From the NCBI GenBank assembly GCA_046704285.1, contig JBJKSF010000076.1, forward strand, positions 6,666-70,665: a stretch of 64,000 nt of DNA. The letters are read 5' to 3'. Positions 18,509-28,040 of the stretch are shown here, piece by piece. A program made the translations under genes and the position numbers. How positions within the stretch are numbered: the stretch's first letter is position 1; each line of letters opens with the position of its first letter. This DNA is from Longimicrobiales bacterium. Its GTDB lineage: Bacteria; Gemmatimonadota; Gemmatimonadetes; Longimicrobiales; Gaopeijiaceae. The notes below the pieces were generated by a model, which did no database searches, was not told the origin of the DNA, and saw only the letters and a program-made list of their open reading frames with translations.

Positions 18509-19204
18509 CTAGCCTACAAGGTCCCGGCGCTCGGCGACATACCCGCGGGCGGGTATCTCGACCCGCAGAACCCGGCCCTGCCGGTCGAACCACACGATCC
18601 GACGGTCGGAGCCCGCCGAGAAGGTGACCTTGCGGGCCGCCACGACCGTCTCGTTCAGCCGCAGGCTCTCGTCCGTCCAGGCCGACGCCACCAACTCGAT
18701 CTGGCGCCTGGCGCGTGGCTCGATGACCCAGGCATGACCGCCCGGAGGTACGTTGCGCAGGAAGTAGTACTGGTGGGCCACGTCCTGCTCCAGGATACGG
18801 GTGTCGGGCCGGGCCAGGAACTCCAGCTCTTCCTCTCCGGCCGAGGAGCGGCTCAACGACACGTAGCGGTTTCCGGACCGGCTCAGCCGCAGCTCCATCG
18901 CGTGCGGCCCGGAGACCTTCACCTGGTACTTGTTGACCGCCGAGTCCAGCCCGGGGGCCTCGAGGAGGGGGCGGATCACTTCGGTCCCGCCCGGCACGCT
19001 CAGCGTCACCACGCCGTGGGCGATCACCCGACCCTGTCCCTCGCTTCCCGCTTGCTGGATGGCGAAGGTCTCCGTGCCGGCGGGCTTTCCGTGGAGGGTT
19101 ATGGCGAAAGTACCCTCGTCCAGGACGATGCTCTGGCCGGCGGCTGGTGCTGCCGCGGCGAGCACGGCCAGAACAACCGCGCCGACGGCGTGTGACAGCG
19201 ACAT
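18509..19204 (-). CDS. Hypothetical secreted protein
   Basis: Signal peptide MSLSHAVGAVVLAVLAAAAPAAGQS followed by a beta-rich sequence. No domain recognised. Confidence 0.55.
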   Translation of the reverse strand: MSLSHAVGAVVLAVLAAAAPAAGQSIVLDEGTFAITLHGKPAGTETFAIQQAGSEGQGRVIAHGVVTLSVPGGTEVIRPLLEAPGLDSAVNKYQVKVSGPHAMELRLSRSGNRYVSLSRSSAGEEELEFLARPDTRILEQDVAHQYYFLRNVPPGGHAWVIEPRARRQIELVASAWTDESLRLNETVVAARKVTFSAGSDRRIVWFDRQGRVLRVEIPARGYVAERRDLVG

Positions 19205-19262
19205 CTGGGCTCCAGCGTCAGGGATCGTGGCCTGCCGGGCGCTACGCCGGCAGCCCGAGATG

Positions 19263-19985
19263 CTACCCCTGCGGCGGGCGCGCGTTCGGGGAGAGGGCCG
19301 TGGCGAGCGCATCCACGTAACGCTCGAAGATCGCCCGGCCCTTCTCGCGCGACGCCCGGCTCGGCCTGCCCACCACGCCTCCGGACTCGGGCGGGGGTGT
19401 GGGGATCCTCCCCTGCGTGTATCTTCGAAGCGTGCGGGCCTCCGGAACGAAGTCCCCGGCCACGGCGAGCCGCACGGATTCCGGCGCCAGGTGCAGGAGC
19501 AGGGAAGTCTCCAGCTCTCCCCCGTGCTCGCGCTCGGGGTCCCCTTCCACGAGGTCCGCCACGTCGATACGGAAGAGGTCGAAGACCGTGGTGACGGCCG
19601 TGGCGGTCAGCGCCATGAGGAGCGCCTCGAGATGGGGCTCGTAGCGGTGTGCCGTCACGATGATGCATTCGGTGACCCCGTGGTCCTCCCAGCGCGCGAG
19701 CAGCTCGTTGACCGCACGGTGAAAGGTCTTGCGGCGCAGGCCGGCGACGCCGGCGAAGGGACCTCCTCCCACGGCCACGCCGTAGTAGAACGGGGGCGCC
19801 CTCAACACGCCGAGCCGCTCCGAGACGTCCTCGGCGACCCGCGACGCGATCACGACGTTGGCGCCCAGGGGGAGGTGGGGACCGTGTTGCTCCAGCGCAC
19901 CGACGGGGAAGATGAGCCGCGGCTCGCGGGCCAGGATGCGCCCCACCTCGGGCCAACTGAGCTGCTGCAACGCGTATGACATCAT
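19263..19985 (-). CDS. Creatininase (creatinine amidohydrolase/MftE) family protein
   Basis: LSWPEV...IFPVGALEQHGPHLPLG..V, VTAHRYEP and GGELETSLLL are typical metal-ligand motifs of the family. Start at the MM codons (19985/19982). Confidence 0.8.
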   Translation of the reverse strand: MMSYALQQLSWPEVGRILAREPRLIFPVGALEQHGPHLPLGANVVIASRVAEDVSERLGVLRAPPFYYGVAVGGGPFAGVAGLRRKTFHRAVNELLARWEDHGVTECIIVTAHRYEPHLEALLMALTATAVTTVFDLFRIDVADLVEGDPEREHGGELETSLLLHLAPESVRLAVAGDFVPEARTLRRYTQGRIPTPPPESGGVVGRPSRASREKGRAIFERYVDALATALSPNARPPQG

Positions 19986-22900
19986 CCTCCAGGTCTTCCG
20001 GACGGTGGGCCCGTGTCGCGGCGGCGGCCGGCTGGCTGGGGCCATGGCTCGGAGTCGCGGCCCTCGGGATCTGGTCGGGAAGGCCCGACAGCGCGCTCCT
20101 GGGCGTCGCGGCGGCGGGGGTCGCGGCCGCAGTAGCCTGGGGCCGGCGGTCCGGGCTCGCCTGGTCGGTCGGCGTCGTGGTCCTCGTCGGGGGAATCCTG
20201 GCGGGTTTCCTGGCGCACCGCCAGGTGGCGACGCTGGAGTCGCACTGGGGGGCGTACTGGGAGGCCCGCGAGGCCCGGGTCGGCGAGGAGCTCAACCGCG
20301 CTCTGACGGCACGGCTGAACGAAGGGGAGGCCGCAGCCGACGCGCTCGCGGCCAGGGCGGGCGATCGCGCGTTCCTTCAGGACCCGGACGCGCTCGAGGA
20401 TCTCCGCGCGCGCTTCGACGTCTCGGCCGTCGCGCTGTACGACGCGCAGGGCGATCTGGTCGCGTGGAGCGGGTCCCACCACGGCCGCGTTCCCATGGAG
20501 GTCCGCAGGGGAAGCCGACGGTATCTGTACAGCGACCTTCCGCTCTTCGGCTATCTGTACGTGACCACTCCGGCCGGAGACGGCACGGCCATGGCCGCCC
20601 TGCTGCTGCGCAGCGACCTGCCGTGGGAGAGGGATGCCGACGCGAACGACTTCGCGACGGAGTTCCGCCGAACGGTGGGCGAGGGGATCCGCATCGTGCG
20701 CGGGCCGGTGCCCGCGGACACCCCCGGGTGGGATCTTCGCCTGGGCACCCAGGTCCTCTTCACGGTCGTGCCCGAGCAGCCGGCCCGGGCCGCCCGCGTC
20801 ACGGGGACGCTGGACCACTGGCGCGTGCTCGTCTCCGGGGCCGCGCTCGTGGCCTGGCTCCTGCTGGCGCTGGGCGGTCCAACCCGGATGGCGGCGGCCG
20901 CCGCATCGTCCGTCACGCTGATGACGCTGGCGGGCGCCCTTCCGCTCGAGCGACTTCCGGCCCTCGCTCCCCTGTTCGACCGGTCGCTGTATCGATTGCC
21001 GGGCCCCGTGCCGATCTCGCTGGGACGCTTCGGGCTGCTCGTCCTGGCGGCGGTGACGGCGGCTGCGGTCGTGCCGCGATCCCGACGCCGGCTGCCGATC
21101 TGGGTGACGGGCGTGCTCGCGGCGCTGATCCTCCCGGCCCTGGTTGTGTGGATGCATGCGGGCGCCCCTGGCGTCACCCTCGCGCGTGGGCAGCTCCCGT
21201 GGATCGTCTACCAGGGGATCGTGACCCTCGTGCTGTCCCTGGCGGTCGGGACGCTGCTGGCGGCGAGCCGGGGAGCGTCGCGCCGACGCTCGCTCGCGGT
21301 GGCGGGGGTGGTCGCCGGGTTCCTGCTCGGCACGGGAACCGTCGTCTTCGTGTGGACCCGTGGCGCCGTTCCGGTGTGGTGGCTTGCGCTGTGGGGGCTC
21401 CCCGTGGCGGTCACGGCCGCGTCGATGGGGAGCTGGCGGGGCTGGCAGCGCTCCCTGGCCGGCTGGATGCTCGCCGGCGCGCTCGCCGGGTCGCTGGCGA
21501 TCCCTTCAGCGTGGGCGGACCGGGTGCAGGCCCGCATGGCGCAGGCGGCCGAGCGGTTGCGCTCGATCGGGGCGCCGGAGGATCCCCCGGTCGAGCGCGC
21601 CCTGCTCCGGCTCGGGAACGCCGCCGTGCGGCTGGACTCGAGAGGCGAGGAGGGTGTGGCACTGCTCTGGGCCGCCTGGCGTCAGAGCGGCCTGGCGGAG
21701 CTCGGGCAGCCGCTGTGGCTCACGCTGTGGTCCTCCGCCGCCATCCCACGCCAGGAGTTGCGCGTGGGGGTCAGCCCGGACCGCCCCGCGTTGGCGGCGC
21801 GGGTCGTGGAGGAGGACGGCCGGATCGATCACCCGAAGGTGCTCCACTACGATCAGGACGACGCGCGCTACGTCCTGGTGGCCCCCCTGAGGGGGGGGAT
21901 CCTCACCGGCGTGGCGCCCCCGTTCGCGGACCCGGCCGTGTTCTCCCCTCTGGACCCCCTGCTGGGCGGACGGAGCCGCCAGGAGACGCGGCGGCTCACC
22001 CTCATCCCGCTGCCGGCCGGCCCGCCCGAGGTCCCGGACTCCCTGCACTGGCGGCACATCGCGGCGGGCTGGCAGGCCGCGCTCCGTGTGGCGTTCTCCC
22101 CTGACACGCGCTATCGGGCCCACTACACGGTCGATCTTCCGGGCGGCCTCCTCGCGCTGGCTCGCGGCACCCTGCTTCTCCTCCTGGACGTCGCGCTGCT
22201 CATGCTGTTCTGGACCGGCGGACGCGCGCTCCTGCAGGACGTCGCGCCGCCGGAGATGGGATGGCGAGGGCTCGTGATCTCGTTCCGCGCGCGCGTGACC
22301 CTCGCTCTGTTCGGGTTCTTCGTCCTCGCCATCGGCATCTTCGGGACCGCGGCCTACCGCACCATCGAAGGGGCCTCGCACCGGGCAGCCCGCGTGCTGG
22401 CCGCACGTGTGGTCGAGGATGCCGCGCAGTCGTACCTGCAGGTGGGAGGGCAGGTGAACCTGCTCGCGCGCAGGGTCGGCGGCGAGCTGCTCGAGTACCG
22501 CCATGGCGCCCTCCGGGACGGGTCGCTCGAGGAGTTGGTCGATCTGGGCGTGTACGAGGGGTGGGTTCCCTATGCCACGCATCTGCAGCTCGACGAGAGC
22601 GAGGGCCTGCGGGAGTTCACGGAAGGACGCCTGGGCGACTGGCAGTACGTGGCCGCCTACCGGCGCATGCCCGACGGAGACGTGCTCGCGGCGGAAGTGC
22701 CGTTGCAGGCGGGTGCCACGGCCATCCGTGGGTCGGACCTGGCCGAGCTTCTGGGCTTCTCGCTGGTCCTCGGCGCCGTGCTCTCGCTGGCGCTGGCCCT
22801 TCTGGTGGGCCGTACCCTGACCCGCCCCATCCAGGCGCTTCAGGTCGCCTCGGAGCGGGTGGGCGCCGGCAACCTGGGCCTGCATCTGCCCGAGGGCCGC

Positions 22901-24031
22901 ACGGACGAGTTCGGGTCGGTGTTCAGGGCGTTCAACCGCATGGTGGGGGGCGTCCGGCATGCGAGGCGACAGCTCGTGCGCACGTCACGCAGGACGCAGG
23001 CGATCATGGAGGAGGCGGCTGTGGGCATGATCGCGCTGGATGGGGCGGGGCGGGTCACACTCGTGAACCCGCGGGCGGAGGCGCTCCTGGGCAGGGAGAT
23101 CCCGGTCGGGGTCCGCCTCGACGCGGCCGACGGCCCGGGTGCGGAGTTGTCCTCATGGCTGGCGGGCTACGCCGAGGCGGACGAGGAGGAGGCCACGGGG
23201 GAGCTGCACCCGGGGGAGCGGCGGCTGCGCGTGCGCGCGCGGCGCCTGCGCGGGGGCGGAGCCGTGGTGGCGTTCGAGGACGTCACGGACGAGATGCGCA
23301 CCGAACGCGTCCTGGCCTGGGGCGAGATGGCGCGTCAGGTCGCACACGAGGTGAAGAACCCGCTCACGCCCATCAAGCTCAGCGTCCAGCACATCCGGAG
23401 GGCCTGGGACGACGGCCGTCCCGACTTCGATGCCATCCTGCGCAGGAACGTGGACGCGATGATCATGGAGATCGACCGTCTCGCGGCCATCGCCCAGAGC
23501 TTCTCGCGCTTCGGGACCCCGGACGAGGCAGTGCGGGAGCCGCTGGCGCGCGTGGATCTTCGCACGGTCGTGAAGGAGGTGCTCGCGCTGTACGCGGGCT
23601 CGGACGGACCGGTCCGCTTCCGGGAGGACCTTCCCGAGGATCTGCCGCCGGTGTGCGCGCGGGTGGCGGAAGTGAAGGAGGTTCTCGTCAACCTCCTCGA
23701 GAACGCACGGGACGCCGTGAAGGAGGGAGGCTCCGTGCGGGTCGAGGCCAGCGAGGGGACCTCGGGCCACGTAGCACTGCACGTCGTGGACGACGGTCCG
23801 GGGATTCCGTTGGAGCTGCTTCCGCAGGTCTTCGAGCCGCGGTTCAGCACCCGGTCCACGGGTGCGGGGTTGGGCCTTTCGATCGTGCGCAGGCTCGTCG
23901 AGTCGTGGGGCGGCACGCTCAGTCTCCAGAGCACGCGGGGGGCCGGGACGCGGGTCAGCATGTACCTCAGGACGTGGGACGGAGACGGGGCTGGGGGGGG
24001 TGGCGATGGCACGGAGGATGCGTCATCTTGA
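19976..24031 (+). CDS. Very large multi-pass sensor histidine kinase (NtrY-like HAMP-PAS-HisKA-HATPase C-terminus)
   Basis: The C-terminal ~480 aa contain HAMP (LTRPIQALQVASERVGAGNL), PAS (AAVGMIALDGAGRVTLVNPRAEALLG), H-box HEVKNPLTPI, N-box LLENARDA, and G-boxes DDGPGIP and GAGLGLSIV. The N-terminal ~870 aa have many TM helices and three large extracytoplasmic blocks. The annotated ATG overlaps the divergent creatininase start by 10 nt, so the real start may be a downstream GTG. Confidence 0.85.
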   Translation: MTSSSRSSGRWARVAAAAGWLGPWLGVAALGIWSGRPDSALLGVAAAGVAAAVAWGRRSGLAWSVGVVVLVGGILAGFLAHRQVATLESHWGAYWEAREARVGEELNRALTARLNEGEAAADALAARAGDRAFLQDPDALEDLRARFDVSAVALYDAQGDLVAWSGSHHGRVPMEVRRGSRRYLYSDLPLFGYLYVTTPAGDGTAMAALLLRSDLPWERDADANDFATEFRRTVGEGIRIVRGPVPADTPGWDLRLGTQVLFTVVPEQPARAARVTGTLDHWRVLVSGAALVAWLLLALGGPTRMAAAAASSVTLMTLAGALPLERLPALAPLFDRSLYRLPGPVPISLGRFGLLVLAAVTAAAVVPRSRRRLPIWVTGVLAALILPALVVWMHAGAPGVTLARGQLPWIVYQGIVTLVLSLAVGTLLAASRGASRRRSLAVAGVVAGFLLGTGTVVFVWTRGAVPVWWLALWGLPVAVTAASMGSWRGWQRSLAGWMLAGALAGSLAIPSAWADRVQARMAQAAERLRSIGAPEDPPVERALLRLGNAAVRLDSRGEEGVALLWAAWRQSGLAELGQPLWLTLWSSAAIPRQELRVGVSPDRPALAARVVEEDGRIDHPKVLHYDQDDARYVLVAPLRGGILTGVAPPFADPAVFSPLDPLLGGRSRQETRRLTLIPLPAGPPEVPDSLHWRHIAAGWQAALRVAFSPDTRYRAHYTVDLPGGLLALARGTLLLLLDVALLMLFWTGGRALLQDVAPPEMGWRGLVISFRARVTLALFGFFVLAIGIFGTAAYRTIEGASHRAARVLAARVVEDAAQSYLQVGGQVNLLARRVGGELLEYRHGALRDGSLEELVDLGVYEGWVPYATHLQLDESEGLREFTEGRLGDWQYVAAYRRMPDGDVLAAEVPLQAGATAIRGSDLAELLGFSLVLGAVLSLALALLVGRTLTRPIQALQVASERVGAGNLGLHLPEGRTDEFGSVFRAFNRMVGGVRHARRQLVRTSRRTQAIMEEAAVGMIALDGAGRVTLVNPRAEALLGREIPVGVRLDAADGPGAELSSWLAGYAEADEEEATGELHPGERRLRVRARRLRGGGAVVAFEDVTDEMRTERVLAWGEMARQVAHEVKNPLTPIKLSVQHIRRAWDDGRPDFDAILRRNVDAMIMEIDRLAAIAQSFSRFGTPDEAVREPLARVDLRTVVKEVLALYAGSDGPVRFREDLPEDLPPVCARVAEVKEVLVNLLENARDAVKEGGSVRVEASEGTSGHVALHVVDDGPGIPLELLPQVFEPRFSTRSTGAGLGLSIVRRLVESWGGTLSLQSTRGAGTRVSMYLRTWDGDGAGGGGDGTEDASS

Positions 24032-24127
24032 GTATGCTCTATGCGAAGCTTCCCGCCTCCTGGCTTCGCGCTCGGTGGGAGAGGCCCACGGCCTTCTTCC
24101 ACACGCTATGGATCATGAACCTGGGCG

Positions 24128-24817
24128 GTGATGAGGAACTACGCGGCCGAACGCAGGTCGACGCGCGCCACTCCTGCCCTCCCTGTCTCCCAAGCGCCGG
24201 CGACATCGCAGTCCCTGCCGTCGTCCCCGCCAGCCGTCGAGCCCGTCGATTTGGCGGACTGGGTCGGGAGCCGCAAGGATCGACTGAGCGAGCGGTGGTG
24301 CCAGGAGGTCCGGCGGCGGGGCGAGGGCATGCACGCCGAGATCAACGGCCTCCTGGACGAGTTCCTGGAGCTCCTGGTCGACTTCCTGCCGGCCGTGCTC
24401 GGTCCGTACCGGGACCAGGTCGAGCCTCTCTGGAGACAGGCGGCTGAGCTGTTCGGCGCCACGGCGGCCCGCAGGGGCCTGGCGGCCGGGGAGGTGATCG
24501 AGGAGTTCCAGATCCTGCGTGAGGCCGTGATCCGTCTCCTCTATCAGGACCCTCCGGTCGCGGGCGGGACGCGCCTCTCGCTGAGGGACGTGCTCAGGTT
24601 GAATCGAGCCATCGACCGGGGCGTGACCCACGCCAGCATCGGGCACACCGACGCGCTCTTCTTCTCGCTGTTCGAGGGCTCGGGGATCCCCGACTCTCCG
24701 CCGCCCGCGGAGCTGGTGCGGGAAGTGCGGGCGCAGCTCGACAGCTTGCGCGCCGAGCTCGCGCAGATCCTCGGACACGCCGAGGGCGGTATGGCGCGAG
24801 CATCCGAGCGAACCTGA
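24128..24817 (+). CDS. Hypothetical helical protein, possibly RsbRD-N-like (globin-fold sensor-like) domain
   Basis: Coding-like codon bias. The helical repeat pattern (RWCQEV..LLDEFLELLVDFLP..AGEVIEEFQILREAVIRLL) is reminiscent of RsbR N-terminal domains. This is a weak, by-eye call. Confidence 0.4.
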   Translation: MMRNYAAERRSTRATPALPVSQAPATSQSLPSSPPAVEPVDLADWVGSRKDRLSERWCQEVRRRGEGMHAEINGLLDEFLELLVDFLPAVLGPYRDQVEPLWRQAAELFGATAARRGLAAGEVIEEFQILREAVIRLLYQDPPVAGGTRLSLRDVLRLNRAIDRGVTHASIGHTDALFFSLFEGSGIPDSPPPAELVREVRAQLDSLRAELAQILGHAEGGMARASERT

Positions 24818-24861
24818 CGCCGTACCGGAGTTGACCGTTTTCGCTGCCCACCCCCGAGATC

Positions 24862-26337
24862 ATGAACGAGAGCAACCCTGTCGGTGAGGTCGGAGACCTC
24901 CCGCCCGAGGAGTTCCGGCGCGTCGCCCACGAGGCGGCGGACTGGATCGCCGACTACCTGACGAGCGTGGGCGAGCTGCCCGTGCAGACCCGGGTCCGTC
25001 CGGGCGAGATCCGCGCCCGGTTCCCGGGCGCGCCTCCGGAGGAGGGAGAGCCGCTCGCAAGCGCCCTGGAGACGTGGCGCGACGTGGTCGTTCCGGGCGT
25101 CACCCACTGGAATCACCCCGCGTTCTTCGGGTTCTTCCCGTCGAGCGCGTCGGCCCCCGGAATCCTGGGCGAAATGCTGGCGGCGGCGCTCAACGTGAAC
25201 GCCATGACGTGGCGGAGCTCGCCGGCCGGAACCGAGCTGGAGGAGGTCGCCACCGATTGGCTGCGCCAGCTCCTGGGCCTCCCCGGGGAGTTCGACGGCG
25301 TGATCAACGACACGGCGTCGACGTCGACGCTGTACGCCCTGGCGACCGCGCGTCAGGAGGCCTATCCGGACGTGCGCGACAAGGGCTTGTTCGGCCAGGC
25401 GCCCGGGCGCATCTACGCCTCCGAGCAGTCGCACTCGTCGGTGGAGAAAGCGGTGTTCACGTTGGGGCTGGGACGGGCCGGGTTCCGGGCGATCGAGTCG
25501 GACGAGGCGTTCCGCATGCGCGTCGACGCGCTGGAGGCGGCCCTGGCCGAGGACGCGGCGGCGGGCATCCGGCCGATCGCGGTCGTGGCCACGCTGGGAA
25601 CGACCTCCACCGCGTCGGTGGACCCCGTCCGCGAGATCGCGGCGCTTGCCAAGCGTTACGGAGCGTGGCTGCACGTGGACGCGGCCTACGCGGGCCCCGG
25701 CGCCATCGTGCCGGAGCTCCGTTCCGTCTTCGCGGGGTGGGAGGAGGCGGACTCGGTGGTCACGAACCCGCACAAGTGGTTCTTCACGCCGACCGACTGC
25801 TCCGTCCTCTTCTGCCGCCACCCGGAACGGCTGGTGAGGGCGTTCTCGCTCGTCCCGGAGTATCTGACGTCCGCGGAGCAGGCGAGCACGCGCAGCCTGA
25901 TGGACTACGGCATCGCGCTGGGCCGTCGCTTCCGGGCGGTCAAGCTCTGGCTCGTGATGAGGACCTTCGGGCGGGCCGGCATCGAGCGGCGCCTGCGCGC
26001 CTACGTGCGCATGGCGAGCGATCTGGCTGGCTGGATCGACGAGGCCCCGGGATGGGAGCGCGTCGCTCCGGCGTCGTTCTCGACGGTCGTGTTCAGGTAC
26101 GCACCGCCGGGCCTCGACCTCGCCGCCACGAACGCGCTCAATCAGGCGATCCTGGACCGGGTGAACGCCTCCGGGGAGGCGTTTCTCACACACACGGTGC
26201 TGCGGGGGCGCATGGCGATCCGTATGGCCATCGGGAACGTGAAGACGACCGAGGGGCACGTCGCGCACACGTGGGACGTGCTGCGCGAGGCCGCCGCGCA
26301 GGAGTCCGGGGCCGCCGGAGACGCGAAGCGCGCGTAG
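24862..26337 (+). CDS. Group II PLP-dependent decarboxylase (aromatic-L-amino-acid decarboxylase-like)
   Basis: HWNHPAFFGFFPS, SEQSHSSVEKA, HVDAAYAG and the PLP-lysine motif NPHKWFFTP. The catalytic-loop Tyr is retained (LMDYGIALGRRFR). Confidence 0.88.
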   Translation: MNESNPVGEVGDLPPEEFRRVAHEAADWIADYLTSVGELPVQTRVRPGEIRARFPGAPPEEGEPLASALETWRDVVVPGVTHWNHPAFFGFFPSSASAPGILGEMLAAALNVNAMTWRSSPAGTELEEVATDWLRQLLGLPGEFDGVINDTASTSTLYALATARQEAYPDVRDKGLFGQAPGRIYASEQSHSSVEKAVFTLGLGRAGFRAIESDEAFRMRVDALEAALAEDAAAGIRPIAVVATLGTTSTASVDPVREIAALAKRYGAWLHVDAAYAGPGAIVPELRSVFAGWEEADSVVTNPHKWFFTPTDCSVLFCRHPERLVRAFSLVPEYLTSAEQASTRSLMDYGIALGRRFRAVKLWLVMRTFGRAGIERRLRAYVRMASDLAGWIDEAPGWERVAPASFSTVVFRYAPPGLDLAATNALNQAILDRVNASGEAFLTHTVLRGRMAIRMAIGNVKTTEGHVAHTWDVLREAAAQESGAAGDAKRA

Positions 26338-26408
26338 GCCTCTCTCCCGGGTCCCGCTCGCGTTCCGCGACGGGCACGAGGGACCGGACGGACCCGGCTG
26401 TCGAGGCG

Positions 26409-28022
26409 ATGCTGGCGGCCCGCGATCCGCTCCCGCAGATTGTCCGCATGGGTGCGATCGCGTCGGGCGCGGAGCGTCGACCCGTGCAGTCGTTCGATCC
26501 GACGGCGGACCGGGTCTGGCGGACCTTCGAGCCTGCTTCGGCGGAAGCGGTGCTCGCTGCAGTGGCTGCCGCCCGCCGTGCCCAGCGGGCGTGGCGCGAT
26601 GAGCGGATCGGCCGACGCGCGGATCTCGTCCGGCGGGTAAGGCGGCAGGTCTTCGAGGACCGGACCGTCCTGATCGACCTCCTTCGCCGCGAGACGGGCA
26701 AGACGGAGTTCGAGGCGTTGATGGAGGTCCTGCTCACGGCCGATACGGCAGCCTGGGCCGCGCGCGAGACGCCCCGGCTCCTTCGCACCCGTCGCACCCG
26801 GTCCTGGAGGCTCGCCACCGCCCGGAAGTCCGTGGAGTTACGCTGGGAGCCTTTCGGGGTCGTGGGCCTGATCTGGCCCTGGAACTACCCCCTGCTGCTC
26901 GGCTCCGGCGTGCTCTTCCCCGCGGTGGTGGCGGGCAACGCCGTGGTCCTCAAGCCGTCCGAACTCGCGCCCAGCTGCGGTGCCGCACTCGCCGAGCTGT
27001 TCCACCGCGCGGGCGCTCCGCCCGGCCTCGTCCAGTGCGTCCAGGGCGACGGCACCGTCGGTGCCGCGCTCATCGAGGCGGGCATCGACCGGTTGTTCTT
27101 CACGGGAAGCGAGGCCACCGGGCGAAAGATCGCGCGCGCGTGCGGAGAGCGCCTGATCCCGTGCTCTCTCGAGCTGGGCGGAAGCGACGCGGCGATCGTC
27201 CTCGCCGACGCCGACCTCGCGGTGGCGGCGGAGGGGATCGTGTGGGGGCGGTGCACGAACGCGGGACAGACGTGCGTGGCACCCAAGCGCGTGTTCGTGG
27301 AGCGATCGGTGCACGACCGGTTCGTGCGCGAGGCGGCGCGCGTCATCGGCTGCTTGCGGGTCGGCGCGGGCGAGGAGCGGGACGTCGGCCCCGTCATCCG
27401 GGGACGCCAGGCGGATAGGTTGCGTGAGCAGCGGGCGGACGCGCTCGCCGGTGGAGCCCGCGTGCTGGCCGGGGCGGCGCCGTCGACTCCGTCACGCGTG
27501 GGGGCGGTGCCCGTCGAGCTGCTGGGGGACGTGCATGACGGGATGCGCGTCATGCGCGAGGAGACGTTCGGGCCGCTGTTGCCCGTCGTTCCCGTGGACT
27601 CGGCGGACGAGGCCGTCGAGCGCGCGAACGCGTCGACATACGGCCTCAGCGCGAGCATCTGGACGCGCGACGTACGCCATGGGCGCGCGCTCGCACGGCG
27701 CATCGAGGCCGGGACCGTGATGATCAACGACGTGATCATGGAGGCCGGCATGCCGGAAGTCGCTCACGGTGGCGTGAAGGCCAGCGGTACGGGACGCCTG
27801 CACGGCGCGCTCGGGATCGCGGAGGTCGCGTGGCCGAAGACGATCGTGGTGGATCCCTTCGCCCGCTGGCGGCAGGTCTGGTGGTATCCGTATACCGCGC
27901 GCCTGCGCGACGGGATGGCGGCGTTCTTCCACCTGATGCATGGCCGCGGGGCGCTCGGACGCGTACGCTCCGGCATCCGAGCCGTGCGACTGCTCTACTT
28001 CGGACGCCGCGGCCCGCCCTGA
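26409..28022 (+). CDS. NAD(P)-dependent aldehyde dehydrogenase family protein
   Basis: WPWNYP, FTGSEATGRKI, catalytic Glu in LELGGSD, catalytic Cys in GQTCVAPKRV, and EETFGP. The start is ATG 26409 or ATG 26448. Confidence 0.88.
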   Translation: MLAARDPLPQIVRMGAIASGAERRPVQSFDPTADRVWRTFEPASAEAVLAAVAAARRAQRAWRDERIGRRADLVRRVRRQVFEDRTVLIDLLRRETGKTEFEALMEVLLTADTAAWAARETPRLLRTRRTRSWRLATARKSVELRWEPFGVVGLIWPWNYPLLLGSGVLFPAVVAGNAVVLKPSELAPSCGAALAELFHRAGAPPGLVQCVQGDGTVGAALIEAGIDRLFFTGSEATGRKIARACGERLIPCSLELGGSDAAIVLADADLAVAAEGIVWGRCTNAGQTCVAPKRVFVERSVHDRFVREAARVIGCLRVGAGEERDVGPVIRGRQADRLREQRADALAGGARVLAGAAPSTPSRVGAVPVELLGDVHDGMRVMREETFGPLLPVVPVDSADEAVERANASTYGLSASIWTRDVRHGRALARRIEAGTVMINDVIMEAGMPEVAHGGVKASGTGRLHGALGIAEVAWPKTIVVDPFARWRQVWWYPYTARLRDGMAAFFHLMHGRGALGRVRSGIRAVRLLYFGRRGPP

Positions 28023-28040
28023 TGGGCTCCCTGCGCCTCC

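Noticed and set aside
19263-19985. Creatininase-family gene as MftE of a mycofactocin system
   Set aside because: No mftA/B/C/D-like genes (radical SAM, small precursor peptide) are nearby. The neighbours are a secreted hypothetical protein and a kinase.
24862-26337. Idea that the decarboxylase is really an aromatic aldehyde synthase feeding the adjacent ALDH
   Set aside because: The two residues whose substitution converts DDC-type enzymes into aldehyde synthases appear to be retained: the catalytic-loop Tyr (LMDYGIALGRRFR) and the active-site His (SHSSVEKA). It therefore looks like a genuine decarboxylase.
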